A DNA stretch of 37,081 nucleotides, from contig CAYWAK010000003.1 in NCBI GenBank assembly GCA_964455755.1, positions 1 through 37,081 on the forward strand. Reading direction: 5' to 3'. Made by a program: the position numbers and the translations under genes. Of this stretch, positions 32,657-37,081 are shown piece after piece (positions within the stretch are counted from its first letter, which is position 1; every line of letters begins with the position of its first letter). The stretch comes from an uncultured Ardenticatenales bacterium. Lineage in GTDB: Bacteria > Chloroflexota > Anaerolineae > Ardenticatenales > JAADHH01. The notes beneath the pieces are model-generated. The model was not told where the DNA came from. It did no database searches and saw only the letters and a list, made by a program, of their open reading frames with translations.

Positions 32657-34468
32657 TCACGGGCTGCGCGGCACCTGCACGTAGAGAATCGCGTCAACGT
32701 CCACGTACCCGTCCGTCACGTTGCGATAGAGCAGCCACCGCGCGCGCTCCGAACCGCTCAGTCCCGGGTTATTCCACAACCGCTGCAGGTGAAACCGTTG
32801 GCCGATGTAATCCTTCCCCAATGCCGGTGGTTCTGGAGAGTAGGGCACGAGGACAGCCGGCGTCAAATCTGGTTCCGCGGGCTGGGACGACACGCGTACA
32901 TCGCGAAAACCGCGCAGATACCAGCCGACAAGCGGCCCCAACTCCCTGTCATAGGTCACCGCCATGGCGTCTCGCTCACGAAGCCGCTCGTTCGAAAGGG
33001 TCGCGATTGTCTCCGGCAGGTGACGGATGTCGGGAGAGGTGGCTTCCACGATCATCGGTTCGGCGGGATTGTCCGCCCGTTCCAGAGACAGGTTCCACGC
33101 GCTGCCAAACGTGCTCAGGGACAGAAAAACCAGCGCGATCAGCCCCCCAGCCCGCATGCCGTTCTCTATGCCGGCCCAGTAGCCGATGGCCGCCACAGCC
33201 AGAATCACCGCCGAGAAGCCGATGATGGCCAGCCCCAGGAAACGGTCCGTCCCGGCATTGGCGTACCTGGCCAGGTTGAAGACCACAAACACGACGATCG
33301 GGGAGGCCAGCGCGAGGTACGCACCTTCCACCTCCCAGGAGCCGTAGAGGGCCAATTCGTCCAGCAGCCGGCCGGCCGCCGCGCCGGCAAGCAAAATCAA
33401 AGGCAGCAATATCGCCACCAGATTCGATGGCGAAACGGCTTCATCGAGCACGCCATAAATCAGCAACCCGCCAACAAACCACGTCACGGCAAAGGCGACC
33501 GTCCGGCCCTTCTCCCTCGCGAACAGGAGCACGCCGGCGACGCCAAACAGCAACGCGGCGGGTTCATACAGGGCCAGCAAGGAAAGGTAGTGCGTCCAGT
33601 CGAGCAGCCCGCCGGGTATGTGCCACACACCATCGAACCACGCGCCGGCCAGCCCGACCGCACCTTGCAGGCCGGCCCAATCGAGCAGGAAGCCTGTGGC
33701 AGCGATTCCAAACGTGGCGACCGCCACGATGAGCAGTCTGACGAATGTTTCCTGGTCGGGCAAGTTGGGGAACGCAACGTCGTCGCCGGACTGCCGGCGT
33801 TGTGCCCCCACCACGGCGAGGACAAACAATCCCCACAAGAAAATGTGCGTGTAGAAGGAAGGCCCGGACGTAAGGCCCAAACCAAACGCTCCGGCGGCCA
33901 GATACAGGCCGCGGCGGTCACCGGACTGTGCAAAATGTGCGGCTCCCGCCAACAGCGTCAGCGCACAGGCCGCAGCCAACACGGCCGGCGTGCCTTGCCG
34001 TGAGAAAAAGAGCATCGTCGGCGAAATGGTCATGAATAGGGCCGTCATCAGCGCGCCGCTCCGGCCGAGCAACTCGCGGAGCGTATAGGGTAGCGCGACC
34101 AGCAGCGTGCCGAACAGCACACTGACGATACGGGTCTGGGCGTCTCCACTGCCAAAGAGGGCAAACGTCAACACATCTCCATGAAACAGGAGCGGGCTGT
34201 GTCCGATGACGCTCCCCCCGGCTCCTTGCAAGAAGTGCCAGGCATCCAGGGCCGTACTCGCTTCAAATCCGGCCAGCGGCCAATGGCCCAGGTCGCCCAA
34301 GCGCAGGCCGGCAGCAGCCATCACGAGCAAGGCATAGAGTGCCCGCTCGAGCGTCAGCCAATCCAGGGCAACGGGCATGGCGATGGCTCCCCCCTCCACG
34401 GTTCCTACTGCCTCGGAAGTGGTCGTCCCCTGCACGGTCACTTGCTTTTTTTTTCTGCTTCGCGCCAT
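32657..34468 (-). CDS. polytopic membrane protein, TIGR03663-like / PMT-like putative GT-C glycosyltransferase
   Basis: 603 aa, highly hydrophobic. Its position directly downstream of a YYY (DUF2298) gene matches the reported TIGR03662/TIGR03663 pairing. The N-terminal loop has FEAS and GHSPLLFH where that family is reported to have DE and HGP. GAGG lies 6 nt before ATG 34468. Confidence 0.5.
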   Translation of the reverse strand: MARSRKKKQVTVQGTTTSEAVGTVEGGAIAMPVALDWLTLERALYALLVMAAAGLRLGDLGHWPLAGFEASTALDAWHFLQGAGGSVIGHSPLLFHGDVLTFALFGSGDAQTRIVSVLFGTLLVALPYTLRELLGRSGALMTALFMTISPTMLFFSRQGTPAVLAAACALTLLAGAAHFAQSGDRRGLYLAAGAFGLGLTSGPSFYTHIFLWGLFVLAVVGAQRRQSGDDVAFPNLPDQETFVRLLIVAVATFGIAATGFLLDWAGLQGAVGLAGAWFDGVWHIPGGLLDWTHYLSLLALYEPAALLFGVAGVLLFAREKGRTVAFAVTWFVGGLLIYGVLDEAVSPSNLVAILLPLILLAGAAAGRLLDELALYGSWEVEGAYLALASPIVVFVVFNLARYANAGTDRFLGLAIIGFSAVILAVAAIGYWAGIENGMRAGGLIALVFLSLSTFGSAWNLSLERADNPAEPMIVEATSPDIRHLPETIATLSNERLRERDAMAVTYDRELGPLVGWYLRGFRDVRVSSQPAEPDLTPAVLVPYSPEPPALGKDYIGQRFHLQRLWNNPGLSGSERARWLLYRNVTDGYVDVDAILYVQVPRSP

Positions 34469-34501
34469 GATAAACCTCGACTAACAACCTTACGCTTCGG
34501 A

Positions 34502-36862
34502 CTACCGCTGTCTAAAGATCGTCACGCTCCCTTGTTGGAAGACGATATCCATGAAGCGGCTGAACTTGTTGATCTGGGCAGCGGTCAGACCATACTTCTG
34601 CCTTTCCGTGTTGCCCACGTAAACATACTGCACGCCGTATGTATCCATAAGTTTCTTGGCTTGCCAGGCATCAGTCGTGCGGTAGATCGTGGCGATGTCC
34701 GGCTCGCGACGGCCCGGCTCGTTGTAGTTGCCCCGCCATTGCAGCTCGTGGCCACCCCAGCCGAGAAGCGTGGGCAGGCCCGTAGAAGCGGAAATCTGGT
34801 CTGCGTCGGAGTAGGACCCGCCGGTCGCCTCCAGCAGCACCGGCTGGCCGGACACGTTTTCTTGGAGCCAGCGGTAAGCGGCGTAGTCATCCGGGCGGAT
34901 GCGGCCCAGTTGCGATTCCCAGCCGTCGAAGGTTGGTGGTCCCCGGAATCCTCCGGCCTTGCTGTAGCCGGCCATGACCGGATAGACCAGTCCGGCAACG
35001 ACCAGCGCGGCCATCCCCAGCCCCAAGGCGTAGTGCCCGGCACTGTGCCGCTTCCAGGGCCGGCCAAACAGACGGTAGACGGCGTAGGCCGCGGCGATGG
35101 AAAGCAGTGTCCAGGCCTGGAAATAGAACTTGAACACGGTGTTCATCCGCGAGTGAAACGTATCGTCAATGTAGACGAACTCCGTGCTCAGGGTGAGGAG
35201 CAGGCCCATCACCACAATCGTGAGTACGAAGACGAGGGCGGGAGAAAACGATGGCGGCGTGCGCACGTCCGGATCGTCCGACGAGACGCGCTGCCAGAGG
35301 GCCAGCAGCGTTATGGCCACCAGCGTCGCCACGTAGGCCACAGTCCACCAGCGGAGCAGCGCGCCGATGAAGATCAGCGGCCCGATGGCGATCCCCACGG
35401 CCAACAGGTCCAGCCAGCCTCGCCGGTTGGCGTTCCCCGCGCGCCGGGACTTCCACCACCCGGGCACTTGCGTCGCCAGCAGCGCGATGATCGCGGCGTC
35501 GAAGGTGGTGAAGATGATCAGGTATTGGTGCAGCTTCGTCTTGGTGAGCAAAACCGGCTTCAGTCCGCCGGCCTGTGATTGAAAGCCCACGTAGAAGGGC
35601 AGGTAGAGCAGCAGTCCCAGGGCAACCAGGGTGATGCCGGTGCTGATTACACCGCCCAGCCACGCGCGCACGTTTTGGTCGCCTCCAAGGTATTGGGCGA
35701 TGGCGTAGGCGGCGATGAAGATCAGGGTGTACGTCGGGAAGTCCCAACTGTTCAGGAAGCCGAGCGCGCCCAGGATGAGAGCCGTAATAAGAAACGATGA
35801 ACGATGAACGATGAATGATGAATTAAGTTGGCTTTCCCGCTGATTCAATCCGCACTTCAGGGTGTTGAAGGCCAGGGCGAGAGCCATGAGTGCGAAAGGG
35901 AGGGCCAGAACGTGGGGGTGCATGTCGCCCAGCAGAAAGCTGAAGAAGGGGAATTCGTCAATCACCTCCGAATCTATGCCCAGGGGACGGTCGTGGATAA
36001 CGCGCGAGGCCCGCCACCACCACCAATTGTCGACCGGATGCCAGGTGGGGCTGAGCGGGGCCGTCGCCAGGTTCTTGATATCCAGCCACTGCCAGAAGGC
36101 CGGCGATCCCCAGCCCTTCGCGTGCAGCAACTCGAACAGCCCTTCCAGGTTGCCGAGGCCAACGAGGAACAGCGGGCCGAGCAGCGCGAAGAGGAACGTC
36201 GCCAGCGGTGAGTAGGAGCCTCCGGGGCCGCTCCCTTCGCGGCTCTGAATCAGGTTATAGACCAAGCTGAAGGAACCGGTCACCGTGAGCGCGAAGAGCA
36301 AAGCAATTCCCAGGTTGAACGTAATCGCCGAGGAGATTGCGGTCAGGCGGGTGAGCAGGGCCATGAGCAGGTAGCCGAAGTAGTAGTAGCTGATGGCGAA
36401 ACCCGACAGCCAGGGGTCTTGCGGCGGGAAGTGCTCGCTACGCAAGATGCCGTTCAGGAACGCGAACTCCATCGGCTTCTCGGTGCCCATGATCTGCGGG
36501 TTGTAGGCCCGGTACAAGGCACCAAAGAGGAGAGCGACGGCAAACAATCCTTCGTAGGTGAGCACGATTCGGCGATGGGCACGCAGCCAATCGAGGGGCG
36601 ATTCGCCGGCTTTCATGTAAGTCGCCCCCCAGGCCAGGCCGGCGACCAATAGCAGGACGAATGCCGCTGCGCTGCGCGTATTCGTCAGGAAACGGAAGGT
36701 GACCAGCAGCCAGAAGAGATAGCCGGTAAGGAGCCAGCCCAGTGGCCGGGCAAAGGCATACCCCCGATCCGGCAGGTGCCGGAAGAGGCGCAGGGTCAGC
36801 GGTAGGGCCGCCAGACCAATCAATTCAATTGTCAACCACCAGACGATGACAGAAAGAACCAT
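34502..36862 (-). CDS. Chlor_Arch_YYY / DUF2298 family integral membrane protein
   Basis: 786 aa, very hydrophobic. Contains the family-defining YYYxG motif (FAISYYYFGYLL). The size matches the single-domain 700-900-aa class. Confidence 0.8.
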   Translation of the reverse strand: MVLSVIVWWLTIELIGLAALPLTLRLFRHLPDRGYAFARPLGWLLTGYLFWLLVTFRFLTNTRSAAAFVLLLVAGLAWGATYMKAGESPLDWLRAHRRIVLTYEGLFAVALLFGALYRAYNPQIMGTEKPMEFAFLNGILRSEHFPPQDPWLSGFAISYYYFGYLLMALLTRLTAISSAITFNLGIALLFALTVTGSFSLVYNLIQSREGSGPGGSYSPLATFLFALLGPLFLVGLGNLEGLFELLHAKGWGSPAFWQWLDIKNLATAPLSPTWHPVDNWWWWRASRVIHDRPLGIDSEVIDEFPFFSFLLGDMHPHVLALPFALMALALAFNTLKCGLNQRESQLNSSFIVHRSSFLITALILGALGFLNSWDFPTYTLIFIAAYAIAQYLGGDQNVRAWLGGVISTGITLVALGLLLYLPFYVGFQSQAGGLKPVLLTKTKLHQYLIIFTTFDAAIIALLATQVPGWWKSRRAGNANRRGWLDLLAVGIAIGPLIFIGALLRWWTVAYVATLVAITLLALWQRVSSDDPDVRTPPSFSPALVFVLTIVVMGLLLTLSTEFVYIDDTFHSRMNTVFKFYFQAWTLLSIAAAYAVYRLFGRPWKRHSAGHYALGLGMAALVVAGLVYPVMAGYSKAGGFRGPPTFDGWESQLGRIRPDDYAAYRWLQENVSGQPVLLEATGGSYSDADQISASTGLPTLLGWGGHELQWRGNYNEPGRREPDIATIYRTTDAWQAKKLMDTYGVQYVYVGNTERQKYGLTAAQINKFSRFMDIVFQQGSVTIFRQR
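35794..35821. repeat. tandem heptanucleotide repeat (CGATGAA x3 + TGATGAA) inside the YYY gene
   Basis: Read directly: units at 35794-35800, 35801-35807, 35808-35814 and 35815-35821. Encodes ...NSSFIVHRSSF... on the minus strand. Confidence 0.9.
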
Positions 36863-36919
36863 ATCTTAAATCAAGTAGGAGCTTTGTTCAATGACTTCTG
36901 GCTCAAAGCCTAAGACGAG

Positions 36920-36996
36920 ATTCTTCGCCCCTGCGGGGCTCAGAATGACAAACCTTCTAACTACCATTCATTTCGCAAACAGGGTCATTCTCTGAG
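36920..36996. repeat. REP-like palindromic element (hairpin plus inverted GTCATTCT..GAG copies)
   Basis: Hairpin ATTCT-tc-GCCCC-tgc-GGGGC-tc-AGAAT at 36920-36946. CTCAGAATGAC (36939-36949) is inverted relative to GTCATTCTCTGAG (36984-36996). Confidence 0.5.
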
Positions 36997-37036
36997 GAGC
37001 GGAGCAATCCCCACTTTCCAATTCTGTGTAAATAGG

Positions 37037-37081
37037 ACACAGATGACACGGATAAACACGGATAAAAAATCTGTGTCATCC
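37037..37081. repeat. CAC[AG]GAT heptamer array sharing a 14-nt exact match with 12181-12194
   Basis: ACACAGAT at 37037-37044. Tandem ACACGGATAA at 37046-37055 and 37056-37065. AATCTGTGTCATCC at 37068-37081 is identical to 12181-12194. Truncated by the window edge. Confidence 0.7.

Noticed and set aside
32789-35578. 404-aa and 465-aa plus-strand ORFs (32789-34003, 34181-35578) opposite the TIGR03663-like and YYY genes
   Set aside because: These are Arg/Gln/Gly/Pro-rich shadow ORFs. The minus-strand frames give coherent multi-TM proteins with family motifs.
36891-36995. 34-codon ORF (MTSGSKPKTRFFAPAGLRMT...) upstream of the YYY gene
   Set aside because: It is a translation through palindromic repeat DNA. 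The structure is better explained as a REP-like element.
1-37081. CRISPR arrays, tRNA/rRNA genes, transposases, integrases and prophage genes
   Set aside because: None could be recognised. The intergenic regions are short or accounted for, and no direct-repeat/spacer periodicity or cloverleaf-like sequence was seen. A tRNAscan/Infernal run would be needed for certainty.

Overview
This 37-kb chromosomal window is almost fully coding. It probably comes from a Chloroflexota-type bacterium; that is an inference from the Chlor_Arch_YYY membrane protein, the GT-C-rich envelope loci and dnaA lacking an adjacent dnaN. I support 27 CDS and see no rRNA, tRNA, CRISPR array, transposase or integrase. Layout: (i) 109-5385 (+) holds a cNMP-binding patatin phospholipase, an OmpR-type response regulator with a HAMP histidine kinase, and a lipoprotein with a Pro/Thr linker and a GH99-like domain. 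(ii) 5485-22407 (-) is a 17-kb, 13-gene, translationally coupled operon. It encodes seven polytopic GT-C-like glycosyltransferases in three diverged paralog pairs plus one GT87. It also encodes two GT2 polyprenyl-phosphate-sugar synthase-like enzymes, a DUF3473 deacetylase, DUF2304, a sugar-1-P nucleotidyltransferase and a B12-binding radical SAM enzyme. (iii) 22465-25640 (-) holds selA, a DnaA-box plus DnaA-trio-like cluster (candidate oriC, 23864-24232) and dnaA. (iv) 26214-32650 (+) holds a consensus promoter, a LIV-type ABC transporter and alanine racemase. (v) 32657-36862 (-) holds a TIGR03663-like GT-C protein and a Chlor_Arch_YYY (DUF2298) protein. (vi) Short CAC[AG]GAT palindromic repeat elements lie at 12.15 kb and at the right edge. 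The best candidate for an undescribed system is the GT-C operon: a self-contained route of lipid-linked sugar donors and multiple extracytoplasmic transferases, with no Wzx/Wzy/initiating-transferase logic, flanked by a possible glycoprotein substrate or trimming enzyme. All functional calls come from motif recognition in the translations; no searches were run.
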